Of a stretch of 64,000 bases of DNA, positions 10,029 through 21,156 are shown in pieces (position 1 is the first letter of the stretch; every line of letters starts with the position of its first letter). Position numbers and translations under genes: made by a program. The notes beneath the pieces are model-generated. The model had not been told where the DNA came from and searched no databases. It saw nothing but the letters and a program-made list of their open reading frames with translations. The stretch lies in sequence record NC_070992.1; one strand, 5' to 3'. The stretch is from Escherichia phage Paul.

Positions 10029-10781
10029 ATGGCAATGCCAGATGTTCAATACCCCATCAATACCTATGGGTGGCTAAAGAAGGCCGTGGCCCTCTGGGCA
10101 GATAGGGACGATGACGAATTTGTTAATCAAATTCCAAACTTTATTAACTTTGCAGAGAAAGAGATTTATCGTAACTTACGTATTCCTCCTCTGGAAAAAG
10201 AAGTCTATTTAGATATCAAAGATGGAGTGGCTTATATTCCTCCTGATTACTTAGAAGCTCAATGGATGATGAGAGCCAAAGATGGTACAATCTTCCAAGT
10301 AACCTCTCCTGAAGAGATTAGCTATCGTAGACAGCATGGAACAATTAATCCATCTCATTGGAATAATCAACCTGTTAACTTTGCTCGTTTCGGGAGTCGT
10401 TTCATTTTCTATCCTAGTATTGAAGCAGATACTCCGTACTACCCTGATGATGGAAGCCCTTTGATTCCAGCAGAAAACTCAGTGATTCTTAGCTATTATG
10501 CAGACCCACCGGAATTCCATGAAGATACAGATACTAGTGCTATTCTTACTATCGCACCAGAACTCCTTCTGTACTTCACTCTACGTCATGCTTGTTTGTT
10601 TGTTCAAGATGATAATGGTGTTCAGAAATGGTCAGCACTAGGGAAAGCTATCCTTGATGAAATGGTAGAACAGAATAAGAAACAAGAGTACTCAGGTTCA
10701 CCTATCGCAATTCCGAATAACATGACTCGACTTCAGAGCAGCTTGCCTGATATTTATGGTATTCGTACTTCTCGTGTATAA
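10029..10781 (+). CDS. virion structural protein (putative head-tail adaptor, 250 aa)
   Basis: position between capsid/Ig gene and tail fibre genes; SD AAGGAGG. Confidence 0.4.
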   Translation: MAMPDVQYPINTYGWLKKAVALWADRDDDEFVNQIPNFINFAEKEIYRNLRIPPLEKEVYLDIKDGVAYIPPDYLEAQWMMRAKDGTIFQVTSPEEISYRRQHGTINPSHWNNQPVNFARFGSRFIFYPSIEADTPYYPDDGSPLIPAENSVILSYYADPPEFHEDTDTSAILTIAPELLLYFTLRHACLFVQDDNGVQKWSALGKAILDEMVEQNKKQEYSGSPIAIPNNMTRLQSSLPDIYGIRTSRV

Positions 10782-10790
10782 GGAGATAAT

Positions 10791-13700
10791 ATGATCGTTT
10801 ATAATAACCAAGCACCTGATGCAGTGAATAACGTTGGGCAGTTTGGTGCTACAGAAGGCTCTATCGGAGCTTACAAGCAGGCAGCAGAATATGCAGCTGA
10901 TTCTAAATATTGGGCATTACTAGCTGAGTCTAAGTTTGGTACAATCGATGATCTGATCGCTGAAGTAGAACGTCTGTACCAACAGGGCGCTCTTTTGCAA
11001 CAAGACATTGAAGAGTTGAAGCAAGATTTTAAAGATCAAGATGCTCGATTAATGCAACTCATTGCTCAGACCAACGCAGCAGTAGCTGACGCTCAAAACG
11101 CTCTAGCGCTAATGGACCAGAAGCTTATTGAGGTTCAAGAACGTCTCGACATCTTGCTTGGGATGTCTGTTGATGTTACTACCCTTCCTCCGGGAAATGA
11201 GGCTTCAGGACATTTCGACCCTAATACCGGCGTGATCTCACTAGGGATTCCTCAAGGACTCCCCGGAAAAGATGGGTCTGTTAAAGATTTAGACTCAGCG
11301 CCTGTAGGAACTCCAGAGCTTGGAGATTTGGGTTTCTATGTTGATAAAGATGATAATACAGTACATAAAACATCTTTGGAAAACATTGCTAGTCTTATAC
11401 CTTCTGTTCGAGATATAAGTTTGAATGGTGGGGCACCTCAGTCTGGTAATGTTTCTTTAATCATTGATAAGAACACCGTAGGACTTCCTAACGTAGAAAA
11501 CGTTGCCTCCTACAGTAAAACTGTATCTGATAATAAATTAGGCGGGTTTGTAAAAACTTACGAGAGTAAGGCTCTAGCAGAGGCTGATATCCCAAACCGT
11601 CAAATCGGAGAAACCGTATTAGTTTGGAACAATACATCGTATGTTTTCTATGAGGTAGCCCCTGATTTATCTCTTTCTCTCAAAAAGGAAGAACCTAGGA
11701 TAGTAACCGTTAACTCTCGCATTCCGGACTCCACTGGTAATATTGACATAACAATTCCTACAGGAAACCCATCCCTCTATTTGGGTGAGATGGTCATGTT
11801 TCCTTATGACCCAAACCTTCCAGTATCCTATCCTGGTATTCTTCCTGCTGATGGTAGAGTTGTATCTAAAGCAGCAGCTGGGGATTTGGGTCCGTCTCTG
11901 ATAAGCGGACAACTTCCTGTTGTTTCTGAGAGTCAGTGGCAAAACGGGTCAAGACAATATTTCTCCTGGGGTACCTTAGAAGACGGCTCTGATGCCGACT
12001 CTACTAACTATAGAGAGATACGACTTCCGGATTGGACAGGAGGTGAGGCTATTAGATCTCCAGATGTGAGCAAAGATTCTTCTTACAGCGGAGCACCTTT
12101 ATCACAAGTTCCTTATATTGTTTCAGTGAATAACATAACTCCTGATGATTCCACTGGTAACATCTCCATCACAAGATCTTCTTTGGGTGCGGCGAAGTCT
12201 GGAGACAATTCTGACATTACGTCCTTGTCGGGACTAACAACCCCAATCTCGATTGCACAAGGTGGTCTAGGTGTTACAACTCAAGAAGAGGCGTGGAATG
12301 TTGTCCGTCCTGCTGGACCAACAACGTTATCTACCGCTGCTGTGGGTGAGATGGATGCAGTAACTAAAGGGTATGTTGATCTTATCAAGTCAGATGTAGA
12401 TTACCTGAAGTCACTACCTTCACTTATAGACATATCTAAAGTAGATGGTGTAAGGAACAGTGATATGTTGAATAGCTTTTTCTCTTCAATCAAGGGAGGT
12501 ACAGCAAAAGTCTTCTCAAGTGTTCCGTTAACCTTTACTATAGATAAAACTACAACTCTGTACGGGAATTTTGACTTAAGTAACTGCACATTCAACCTAA
12601 CTGGTGGTCGGGTTATTTATGCAGATGAACGAGACCCAGATTCTTGTTTAAAAGTAATAACTTTATCAGGGTACCCACTACAAGAGTCTAGCAAAGTGTT
12701 AACAACCAATGACTCCCTTCAAGGGTGGGATAATTCCTTAGTTAAGATAACATCTACAGAGATTGACCTATATCGTTATCTCAATGGAGTATCAACCCCT
12801 AAAACTAAAGGTGAAGTTAACTTCTTAACTAAGAATAAAGAGTTAATGTATTCTCTCAAAAATACGTACAACGATCCTGTGTCCTGCACCCTCTACAAAA
12901 TACCTTTAACTAGAAACCAGATCTCCTTACCTAAGATAGAAGGTTCGATTAATATCTTTGCTTTTGATATCAGAAGATCTTTGGTTGATGTTAATATTAT
13001 TATGGATAGCAGCATAGGGCAAACATCTGTAGATTCTACTGTGTTTGGAAGTGGTTTTACTTTCGGGGTTGTTTGGAAAGTTATTGGTTCGGGGATCACT
13101 CAAACTGACACCAACTCTAGATACTCTGTCACCACTGAATTTGCCCTTAAGCATCTATTCACATCTTCTCTTGTAGGCAAGGGATGGAGATCGGTAGATG
13201 GGAATTATAGTAGAGATATGACTTTTAGGGACAGCACTTTTGATTCAATTCAAATGCACTACGGCTGCTCTTCTATCTTAATCTCTGGATGTGAGGTTCC
13301 TTCTGTCATCTTCGGTACTGGAGCCTTTGGAGAAACCACTCAGGTGATTAATTCTGATATCAGTACGTTTGGTATTAGAACGGATTACGGAGAGCACAAG
13401 GGAGATTTTTATGTTACTGGCGGCTCTATAAGAATTCCTAGTACGTCATCTGGGATTGTTGATCTATTCGTCTGTAGAAGCGACAATATCAACTCGTCTG
13501 GTGAACCCTTACAGCCGAGACCTCTCCACCTTCCGAAAAACGTCAAAATCAGCAGTAACATCTATTGGCCTGATTCTGTAACCTTGAACCTTGTTAGTCT
13601 GAAAAACAACTTCAAAACTACAGACACCAATAAGTTTATTACTCCTAGCTTAATAGATTTTTCTGGAAGTACATTTAATGGTAAGCTAGCTAGGTTTGAG

Positions 13701-14243
13701 TTTGCTCAAGCTTATTATGATTATGAGACAATGACTCCTTTCAAGATAAAGATTACCCCTTCATCAGCTAGTGGGTGTACACTTCAGGCATATATTGGCT
13801 ATCTTGCAGAGGCATCTTCATCTAGATATGAACTTGAGATTATGAACGTAAGAACTTCTTTTATGAACATATCTTCCTCTTCTTCAAACAGCTGCTTGGA
13901 TGTTTCGAAGGCTGTGGTTAACAGGTTCTCTGGGTACTCTGGTTCTCTTCGTTTTGCAGGAAGGTTTAGCTTCGACGAATGTATATTTGACTGGGATTCG
14001 TCAAATAATTTTGTCGGTGGATACTCTTCAGTGACTAATTCTATCATTGATGGAAGAAAGATCGATACAAGCACAGGAACCAGACCAATCATTAACACCT
14101 TCTTACATAGATCTCAAGGAAATATTGCGCTCAGGGCTATGGCTACGGACTCTAGAGATGTGGTAGACAAGAAGAGGGCTTTTTGTCCTAGGTCTGATGA
14201 AGTAGGTAATTTTAACATTGGCGAGATAGAGTTGTCTTATTGA
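10791..14243 (+). CDS. tail fibre / tailspike protein (1150 aa)
   Basis: N-terminal coiled coil, long Ser/Thr/Asn/Gly-rich beta-rich region; size and position. Confidence 0.5.
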   Translation: MIVYNNQAPDAVNNVGQFGATEGSIGAYKQAAEYAADSKYWALLAESKFGTIDDLIAEVERLYQQGALLQQDIEELKQDFKDQDARLMQLIAQTNAAVADAQNALALMDQKLIEVQERLDILLGMSVDVTTLPPGNEASGHFDPNTGVISLGIPQGLPGKDGSVKDLDSAPVGTPELGDLGFYVDKDDNTVHKTSLENIASLIPSVRDISLNGGAPQSGNVSLIIDKNTVGLPNVENVASYSKTVSDNKLGGFVKTYESKALAEADIPNRQIGETVLVWNNTSYVFYEVAPDLSLSLKKEEPRIVTVNSRIPDSTGNIDITIPTGNPSLYLGEMVMFPYDPNLPVSYPGILPADGRVVSKAAAGDLGPSLISGQLPVVSESQWQNGSRQYFSWGTLEDGSDADSTNYREIRLPDWTGGEAIRSPDVSKDSSYSGAPLSQVPYIVSVNNITPDDSTGNISITRSSLGAAKSGDNSDITSLSGLTTPISIAQGGLGVTTQEEAWNVVRPAGPTTLSTAAVGEMDAVTKGYVDLIKSDVDYLKSLPSLIDISKVDGVRNSDMLNSFFSSIKGGTAKVFSSVPLTFTIDKTTTLYGNFDLSNCTFNLTGGRVIYADERDPDSCLKVITLSGYPLQESSKVLTTNDSLQGWDNSLVKITSTEIDLYRYLNGVSTPKTKGEVNFLTKNKELMYSLKNTYNDPVSCTLYKIPLTRNQISLPKIEGSINIFAFDIRRSLVDVNIIMDSSIGQTSVDSTVFGSGFTFGVVWKVIGSGITQTDTNSRYSVTTEFALKHLFTSSLVGKGWRSVDGNYSRDMTFRDSTFDSIQMHYGCSSILISGCEVPSVIFGTGAFGETTQVINSDISTFGIRTDYGEHKGDFYVTGGSIRIPSTSSGIVDLFVCRSDNINSSGEPLQPRPLHLPKNVKISSNIYWPDSVTLNLVSLKNNFKTTDTNKFITPSLIDFSGSTFNGKLARFEFAQAYYDYETMTPFKIKITPSSASGCTLQAYIGYLAEASSSRYELEIMNVRTSFMNISSSSSNSCLDVSKAVVNRFSGYSGSLRFAGRFSFDECIFDWDSSNNFVGGYSSVTNSIIDGRKIDTSTGTRPIINTFLHRSQGNIALRAMATDSRDVVDKKRAFCPRSDEVGNFNIGEIELSY

Positions 14244-14286
14244 TAATTATCACCCCTCTCGAAAGGGAGGGGTTTAGGAGGATTTA

Positions 14287-16455
14287 ATGTCTAGAGAATT
14301 AATGCCCAAGTCCGGTATAATGATGCCACACGTAGTAATCAACAGAGATGCTGCGGTAGTTGGTGTCTCTACTGTAGATGGAGTTGCTGGTGCTGTTGAT
14401 CTTACTGGTAAATACTTACAGAAAACTGATGCGGCAGCTACTTATCAAACAAAAACTGAAGGTGCTTCTAAGACTTACGTTTTAGATTCAATCCAACCTA
14501 TCATGGAAGGTGCTTTGTTTAAAGCTGACCCTTTCGTAGATAATAATATTCCTTTCCGTTCCGCTGGAGCTAATGGTGTAGAATATGTGGATATGATTAA
14601 GGTTACTCCAGAGAACTCAATCAAGCTTGGCAGCTATGAGTCTTCTGTTCAAGGGGTTGAGATTCACTCTGCTGGTCGTGTTTCAGTTGTTGACAAAAAC
14701 GATTCTGGTGTGGAAACTAAATATCCAATTTACTCCAAACGATTTCGTCCTGAGATTGAAGATTTGCCATTTGCAGCTATTGGTTCTTATGTTAAAGATT
14801 CTAAAGGACGCACCATTGGTGTAAACCGTACGGGAATCAACTCTGATATCAAACAGTTTACTCAGAAAGTTACCTTCCAGCAGCCTGTAACAGTTGCAGA
14901 CGGTGTGGGTGATTATGATGCTGTGACTATGAGACAGTTACGTAACAGTGGGGGTGGTTCTGGTGGTCCTACAATGAGTGGTATTTCTAACTTTGGTATT
15001 GGTGATTTCCATTTACGTGACAGTCGAGCCTTTATTCCTGCTTTTGAAGTCCCTTCAGATGGTCAGCTCTTGAGTAGGACAGAGTATCCAGACCTATGGG
15101 CCTATGCTCAGCTTATCACTCCAATAGAGGATGCTGATTGGCTTGCAGACCCACTTAAAAGATCTCAGTATTCACTAGGTGATGGTTCTACTACTTTCCG
15201 TGTCCCTGATAAGAACGGTATCCAGTCTGGCTCTTTGAAAGGGTTATTTGGTCGTGGTAGTGGAGACTTCACTCAGAAAATCCATGAATCAGCTGCTCCT
15301 AATATTTCGGGAACCTTCGGGAGATTGGTGTATGCTTCTCAAGGATCTGTATATGAAGCAAATTCAGGGACGGGGGCCTTCTATAGTTTTGCTCCACAGA
15401 ACAAATATAAACGTATGTCCGATATCACCAGTTTGGAAGGTTCAGGTGCAACATATCCTAGTGGTTATGAATTCAGTGCTTCACTGTCTAGTCCAGTTTA
15501 TGGTCGTCAAAACGTCTCCGAGATTCGTCCTAACTCCTTTGTAGGTGTTTGGACTATTCGTGCACATGGTGGTTTCGTAGCTGCTAACACTTCTTGGGCT
15601 GTTATTAACCAAGATGCCACTAAACCTTCTTCTGGAGTTACAGCAGATGGTGGGGAGGTTATTTCAAGATATTCTGTTAATGGGGTTACTGAGGCTCAGA
15701 TGAGTTTTAGAATGAGAGCGGCTATTGGTGGTAACTATTACGCCCGATTGGCTGTTTACAATGCTACCAACGATAGAACCGCAGTCTATGACTTTAATGA
15801 GGTGGGGGATTTTTCTATAGGCGGAACATTCTTCGCTAGAGGAGGTCTTGTAGCTAACAATGCCCTTACTTTAACAGATGGACAATACCCGAAAATAGAG
15901 ATGCAACCTCTTTATATTGGTGGTGGGACTGTTCCGAGCACTGTTGTTGGTGGAGCAATGTTCTTCGAATCCGCTCTAGCGGCCAACGGGACTAAATACT
16001 ATAGATTGTTCTTCCGTCGTAAAGATGGGAACCGGACAGGTGAGGTTACTCTTGATTTCCCGACTTCTACCTCTGGTACAATAGCTCTTCAAGGTACTTC
16101 TGGTCGTGAGTATAAGAAAGATATAGTTGATGCAGAGAGTAAAGAAGCTTTTGACAGAATCAACAATCAACGTCTAGTTAACTTTGTTTATAAGGATGAT
16201 GAACAGGAGCGTGTTCGGTTTGGTATCATCGCTGAGGAAGCGGAGCTTATTGCCCCTCAGTATATTAAACATGGTAAAGCGATTGTTCATGAAACTTTTG
16301 ATAAAGACGGTAATAAAACTGGAGAGGTTTTGAAAGATCGTCCTTCAGTTGATAACAACCCGATTGTTATGGACTTGATGGGTGCTGTTCAATATCTCAA
16401 AGGAGAGGTTGATCAATTGAGAGCAGAGCTTGCTGAGCTTAAAGATGGTAAGTAA
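14287..16455 (+). CDS. tail fibre with collar domain and C-terminal S74-type intramolecular chaperone
   Basis: FRVPD/LWAYAQ collar-like segment; C-terminal TSGREYKKDIV ... GIIAEEAELIAPQYI resembles the self-cleaving chaperone domain of endosialidase/L-shaped fibres. Confidence 0.6.
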   Translation: MSRELMPKSGIMMPHVVINRDAAVVGVSTVDGVAGAVDLTGKYLQKTDAAATYQTKTEGASKTYVLDSIQPIMEGALFKADPFVDNNIPFRSAGANGVEYVDMIKVTPENSIKLGSYESSVQGVEIHSAGRVSVVDKNDSGVETKYPIYSKRFRPEIEDLPFAAIGSYVKDSKGRTIGVNRTGINSDIKQFTQKVTFQQPVTVADGVGDYDAVTMRQLRNSGGGSGGPTMSGISNFGIGDFHLRDSRAFIPAFEVPSDGQLLSRTEYPDLWAYAQLITPIEDADWLADPLKRSQYSLGDGSTTFRVPDKNGIQSGSLKGLFGRGSGDFTQKIHESAAPNISGTFGRLVYASQGSVYEANSGTGAFYSFAPQNKYKRMSDITSLEGSGATYPSGYEFSASLSSPVYGRQNVSEIRPNSFVGVWTIRAHGGFVAANTSWAVINQDATKPSSGVTADGGEVISRYSVNGVTEAQMSFRMRAAIGGNYYARLAVYNATNDRTAVYDFNEVGDFSIGGTFFARGGLVANNALTLTDGQYPKIEMQPLYIGGGTVPSTVVGGAMFFESALAANGTKYYRLFFRRKDGNRTGEVTLDFPTSTSGTIALQGTSGREYKKDIVDAESKEAFDRINNQRLVNFVYKDDEQERVRFGIIAEEAELIAPQYIKHGKAIVHETFDKDGNKTGEVLKDRPSVDNNPIVMDLMGAVQYLKGEVDQLRAELAELKDGK

Positions 16456-16458
16456 TCT

Positions 16459-16480
16459 AAAGCCCCTTCGGGGGCTTTAG
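16459..16480 (+). terminator. intrinsic terminator-like hairpin
   Basis: AAGCCCC-TTCG-GGGGCTT then short T tract. Confidence 0.45.
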
Positions 16481-16548
16481 TAGTGAGTATGTTCAAGAAG
16501 TAATGAAACTAGTATATCACAAAAGGAATACACATAGGAGATACGAAG

Positions 16549-16767
16549 ATGAAAATGATGAAACAAATCAGTTATGGGTTAGCTTGTGTTGCTACAGGTT
16601 TTGCTGTGTCAGTGGCTGTTCCTGTTAACGCAGTCCATCCATTAGTCACAGCACCAGCTCCTGTTGAGAAGCTTAGCTCTCAATGCAAGCAGAGAACTAT
16701 TCAAAATAACTTGGTTGTTATTTGTCCTGATGCTGAATCTAACGCTCTGAGAAAGATACTACCTTAA
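16549..16767 (+). CDS. small secreted/membrane protein (72 aa), possible lysis accessory
   Basis: N-terminal hydrophobic signal-like segment; immediately upstream of endolysin. Confidence 0.35.
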   Translation: MKMMKQISYGLACVATGFAVSVAVPVNAVHPLVTAPAPVEKLSSQCKQRTIQNNLVVICPDAESNALRKILP

Positions 16768-16796
16768 TTTAAAGGGATCACAAAAGGAGGTTAGAA

Positions 16797-17288
16797 ATGG
16801 ATAACGTCGCATTGCCACCTGTACATCTAAACTTAAGCCCAGCTGGAATGGAATTCATCATGAAGCATGAAGGTATGAGAACCAAGGCTTATAAAGATTC
16901 CGCAGGTATCTGGACGATATGTGTAGGGGCTACGCGCGATATGAATGGTTATCCGGTTAGGCAAGGATTAACATATTCTATAGAGGATTGTCTAGCTCTG
17001 CTAGATAGAGACACACAAGACTCTGTTCGTGCTACTCAGAAAAACATAAAGGTTCCTTTGCTTATTCATGAGTTCGATGCACTCACCTCTTTCAACTTCA
17101 ATGTTGGTAGTGGGGCACTGAGCACGTCTAAGTTAAGGAAGGTTATCAATGGAGAAGTCAAAGGTGATGTATACTCGGAGTTTCTTCGTTGGGATAAAAT
17201 TACGGTGAAGGGAGAGAAGCAGAGGAGTCAGGGTCTTCATAACAGAAGGGTTGCAGAAGCTGATCTTTATACCGAAGGTAAATATTAA
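16797..17288 (+). CDS. endolysin, GH24 (T4-type) lysozyme
   Basis: MKHEGMRTKAYKDSAGIWTICVG aligns with the T4 lysozyme catalytic Glu/Asp/Thr triad region. Confidence 0.8.
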   Translation: MDNVALPPVHLNLSPAGMEFIMKHEGMRTKAYKDSAGIWTICVGATRDMNGYPVRQGLTYSIEDCLALLDRDTQDSVRATQKNIKVPLLIHEFDALTSFNFNVGSGALSTSKLRKVINGEVKGDVYSEFLRWDKITVKGEKQRSQGLHNRRVAEADLYTEGKY

Positions 17289-17300
17289 TGGAGGTGCCTT

Positions 17301-18104
17301 TTGGCTATCGAAACTAATGCGGTAGTAGTTACCGACTTAAATCCACTCTATCCTCGTGATAGGGATTACATTTACGAAGGGGCGGCTCAAATCCGCCTCA
17401 TCAAACAAACACTACAAAACACATTCCCCAACATTACAGAGCCAGTTAATGTGGATTCTGATACTTTTAAGGTTATGTCAGAGAAGCTCAAGTTCACTGG
17501 TGATACAATGGATGTTGGTGGTCTTATGATTAAGAATGCTGCTCCGGGAACTGGCGATAAGGATATTGTCACTAAAGGTCAGATGGAAGCGTTCATGAAG
17601 AACTGGATGGAGAATAAGCTCTATCGTATCGGCTCTTATTATATCACTGAAGAAGATATTAATCCGGGTGATTCTATTTCCTTGGGGTTTGGCTCTTGGG
17701 CTAAAGTCACTGGTGTTATCATGGGTACTGGTGTAGTTAACCCTGACGGCTCTGTCCCTAACGCTCAGCGTGTTGAGTTCCAAGCAGGCGGTACAGGTGG
17801 TCGTGTGTTTAATACTATCCGTACTGAGAACGTACCTCTGATGACAATCAATGGTTCTAGCTTTAAGGTGTCAAGTAACACTCACTCACATAATATGATC
17901 TTTGGTCGTGGTGATGCAAGTGGGCACAACAGTTCTCCAAACTGGTACAACCCAGGAACTGGATACAGTAAGAGAACTGAAGCAGACACTCACACTCACA
18001 CCATTTCTGGTTCTGTTAGCTTTGGTCGTGATGACATTTCACGTCAACCTATTAACACTTTGCCACCATTCAGAGCGGCTCACATTTGGAGACGTATTAG
18101 CTAA
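17301..18104 (+). CDS. virion structural protein (267 aa), His-rich C-terminal region
   Basis: position within tail module; HTHSHN and THTHT tracts. Confidence 0.4.
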   Translation: MAIETNAVVVTDLNPLYPRDRDYIYEGAAQIRLIKQTLQNTFPNITEPVNVDSDTFKVMSEKLKFTGDTMDVGGLMIKNAAPGTGDKDIVTKGQMEAFMKNWMENKLYRIGSYYITEEDINPGDSISLGFGSWAKVTGVIMGTGVVNPDGSVPNAQRVEFQAGGTGGRVFNTIRTENVPLMTINGSSFKVSSNTHSHNMIFGRGDASGHNSSPNWYNPGTGYSKRTEADTHTHTISGSVSFGRDDISRQPINTLPPFRAAHIWRRIS

Positions 18105-18113
18105 GGAGGAATT

Positions 18114-21113
18114 ATGGCGCTGTATCCAATCAAGTCTTTAGGTGCTGTAGGCGTAATTGCTGATCAAGCTCCAACAGACTTAGCTCCTAATGCTTTCACT
18201 AATGCTATAAACGCTCGCTTTGTTGAGCAGAGGGTTTTTAAGACGGGGGGCAATGCCCCTCTTTCTTACGTAGATGAAGATAAAGATTTAACACCTCTGT
18301 CTTTTGTATCTATGCCTTTTGATTACTATAGCGCAGGTAATAGCTTTCTTATTGTGGGAACTGATAAGAAGTTATATAAGCTGACAGATGAAAGCTTGAC
18401 TGATATAAGCCGTAAGGTTGCTACAGTCACTAAGAGGGCTTCTGCCTCTATTAAGATTTATCCAGTTGTTTCTAGAATTGTTCCTAAAGAGACCACCATC
18501 TCTATGAACTTTAACCAGACTAAAGCTCTCGAAGTTTCTGTTCTTCCAGAGGATGCTAACAATGCTGAACTAGTCTGGAGTTTAAGTAATTCCTCTTATG
18601 GTCAGATAACAGTAGACCCAACAGATTCTAAGAAGGCTTCTCTAAAATCTCTGAGTAAGGAAGGTAATTTAGTTGTTACTGTGAAAACTAAAGATGAAAC
18701 TGTATCTGCTCAGATTGCTGTTAATATCATTGATGGTGATTCAGGTATCTTCCTAAGCCAAGACACAGTAACTGTTCGTAAAGGAAGCAACACTACGATT
18801 ACAGCTGTTACTGGAAAAACTCCTGTGAGCTGGTCTACTAACAACGGAGCTATCGTATCAGTTGTTCCTAACACAAACACCTTAACCGCTGTCATCACAG
18901 CTAACGGTACAGGAACTGCAACCATTACAGCAGACAATGGAACGAAGACTGCTACTTGTACTGTTAACGCAATACCTCAGATTGATAGTGTCTCTTTAAG
19001 TCAGACTGATGTTACTGTTAACAGAGGTACTCAGTATATTCTGACAGCTACAGTATCCCCAGCTAATGCTCCTAATAAGAATATCACTTGGACTTCTTCC
19101 AATCCAAACATTGCTACAGTATCTGGCACAGGAACAGAAGCTACTATCACGGCAATTACAGCCGGGTTTACAGAGATTACTGCTACTACCCAAGAAGGTA
19201 ACAGAACTGCTGTTTGTACTGTCCGTGTTGAGCTTGCTGGTAGAATGTTAAGATCTTCCTTTATGGCAACAGCAGAACCAGAACCAGTTTCTGAAGAGGT
19301 TGTAGTTCCTGAATCAGAGGATGTTGTTTACTTTGCAGCACCTACATCTGGAATTGATACAACAGGGATGGCTGAAGGTAACAACTTCTACGACTACTCT
19401 AACGTAGACGATATGGAAGGTTTTGCAAGAGCTTCTCTTTTTGCTACCCCTCTTGATTCTGTAACGTTGGATGTTGTTAGTGCTTCTCTTGATGTTGGGG
19501 AGGAGATAGTTATAACAGCGACTGCTTCCCCTGAAGGAGAGTATTCATATCTTTGGTCTGTTGATAAAACTGGATATGTTTCTACAACATCAGTAACAGG
19601 GAAAACACTTAAACTTACCGCTCTTCGTAAGGGTGAGGTTAATGTGACCTGTACAGTAAGTCAGATGACTCAGAGAGACTACGATGCATTTGATGATTAT
19701 CCTTGGTATCATGCAGTAATTTCCAACTGTGCAGTAGCAACCACCCACTATGAAACACCTCAGGTTAAAGAGTTTGAATCTGAATACTTTGTAGATCTTC
19801 CGGGGTGGGGTGAGCAGACAGTAGTGGATAATGATGGGAACCCTTCGGTTAAGAAATTCAACTGGAAGTGTGAGAGAGTAAGATCTTTCAACAACAGGTT
19901 GTTTGCTCTGAATATGAGGGAGTCCAATGCATCTGGTGTTACCACTAACTACCCGCTTCGTCTTCGTTGGTCTAACTTTGCTAATGAGAACAAAGCTCCT
20001 ACGTTATGGGATGACTTTGCTTATGATCGAGTTGTGTCTTCAGACTTGGCTTCTAACATCGTAGGTCAGACTCAAGCACTAGAAAATGGATATGCTGGTT
20101 ACATTGACTTAGCAGACTCCAACGGAAGCTTGATTGATATTCTACCTCTTAAAGATTACTTGTTCGTTTATACAGAGTTTGAAACGTACATTGGTTCTCC
20201 AACTAATAACACATATCAACCTCTGATGTTCAAGAAACTCTTTAACGATTCTGGCATCCTTGCCCCTGAGTGTGTGGTAGAGGTTGAAGGCAGTCACTTT
20301 GTTGTTACTCAGAACGACGTGATCTTACATAACGGTGCAACCAAGAAGTCAATCGCTTCTAACCGTGTTAAGAACATGCTGATTAACGAGATATGTTTAG
20401 TTAACCCTTTAGCAACTCGAGTGCATTTGCATCAGGACAAGAAAGAAGTTTGGGTTCTTTATGTAGGTCCGGGAGAACCAAAAGAAAGCTTCGCTTGTAC
20501 TAAAGCTGCTGTATGGAACTACGAGTTTGATACTTGGTCTTTCCGTACTATCCCATACGCTCAGTGTATTGGTTTGGTTGACCCTCCTGTCCTTGAAAGG
20601 GGTCCGATTTGGGCTGACTTCCAAGAGATCACTTGGGATGACCCATCAATCAAAGAGCTTGTTTGGAGAAAGGATGCAACTAACTTCCGCCAGAGGGTTA
20701 CGATAGTAGGTTCGTTCCTACGAGGTTTCTATCAAGTGGATGTTGGTGCTTTAGATTACTTCTATGATAGGCTTAATGATAAGGTTATAGAAAAACCACT
20801 GGAGATGAGGTTAGAGAGAACTGGTATTGATTTTGATAACGTCACTAATGAATGGAATCAGAAGCATATCAATAGATTCAGACCTCAAACAACAGGCTCT
20901 GGTACGTATACTTTCGAGGCAGGTGGTAGTCAATTCTCAAACGAATATGGTCATCCACATACATCCAAGACGTATACGATTGGTGTTGATAGACATGTCT
21001 CGGTGAGACTGAACCATCCATACCTTTTCTATAATGTTATAGATAATGATGTTAACAGTAATGCTGCTATCAATGGTTTAACGATAGAGTTTGCTGTTGG
21101 CGGGCGGAGATAA
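18114..21113 (+). CDS. large tail structural protein with three or more BIG2 Ig-like domains (999 aa)
   Basis: repeated about 85-aa Ig-like modules at residues about 110-370; size and position. Confidence 0.5.
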   Translation: MALYPIKSLGAVGVIADQAPTDLAPNAFTNAINARFVEQRVFKTGGNAPLSYVDEDKDLTPLSFVSMPFDYYSAGNSFLIVGTDKKLYKLTDESLTDISRKVATVTKRASASIKIYPVVSRIVPKETTISMNFNQTKALEVSVLPEDANNAELVWSLSNSSYGQITVDPTDSKKASLKSLSKEGNLVVTVKTKDETVSAQIAVNIIDGDSGIFLSQDTVTVRKGSNTTITAVTGKTPVSWSTNNGAIVSVVPNTNTLTAVITANGTGTATITADNGTKTATCTVNAIPQIDSVSLSQTDVTVNRGTQYILTATVSPANAPNKNITWTSSNPNIATVSGTGTEATITAITAGFTEITATTQEGNRTAVCTVRVELAGRMLRSSFMATAEPEPVSEEVVVPESEDVVYFAAPTSGIDTTGMAEGNNFYDYSNVDDMEGFARASLFATPLDSVTLDVVSASLDVGEEIVITATASPEGEYSYLWSVDKTGYVSTTSVTGKTLKLTALRKGEVNVTCTVSQMTQRDYDAFDDYPWYHAVISNCAVATTHYETPQVKEFESEYFVDLPGWGEQTVVDNDGNPSVKKFNWKCERVRSFNNRLFALNMRESNASGVTTNYPLRLRWSNFANENKAPTLWDDFAYDRVVSSDLASNIVGQTQALENGYAGYIDLADSNGSLIDILPLKDYLFVYTEFETYIGSPTNNTYQPLMFKKLFNDSGILAPECVVEVEGSHFVVTQNDVILHNGATKKSIASNRVKNMLINEICLVNPLATRVHLHQDKKEVWVLYVGPGEPKESFACTKAAVWNYEFDTWSFRTIPYAQCIGLVDPPVLERGPIWADFQEITWDDPSIKELVWRKDATNFRQRVTIVGSFLRGFYQVDVGALDYFYDRLNDKVIEKPLEMRLERTGIDFDNVTNEWNQKHINRFRPQTTGSGTYTFEAGGSQFSNEYGHPHTSKTYTIGVDRHVSVRLNHPYLFYNVIDNDVNSNAAINGLTIEFAVGGRR

Positions 21114-21118
21114 CAACA

Positions 21119-21142
21119 AGGGGCTTCGTGCCCCTTTTATTG
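21119..21142 (+). terminator. intrinsic terminator
   Basis: AGGGGC-TTCGT-GCCCCT hairpin followed by TTTTATTGTTTT. Confidence 0.5.
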
Positions 21143-21156
21143 TTTTGGAGGAACTT

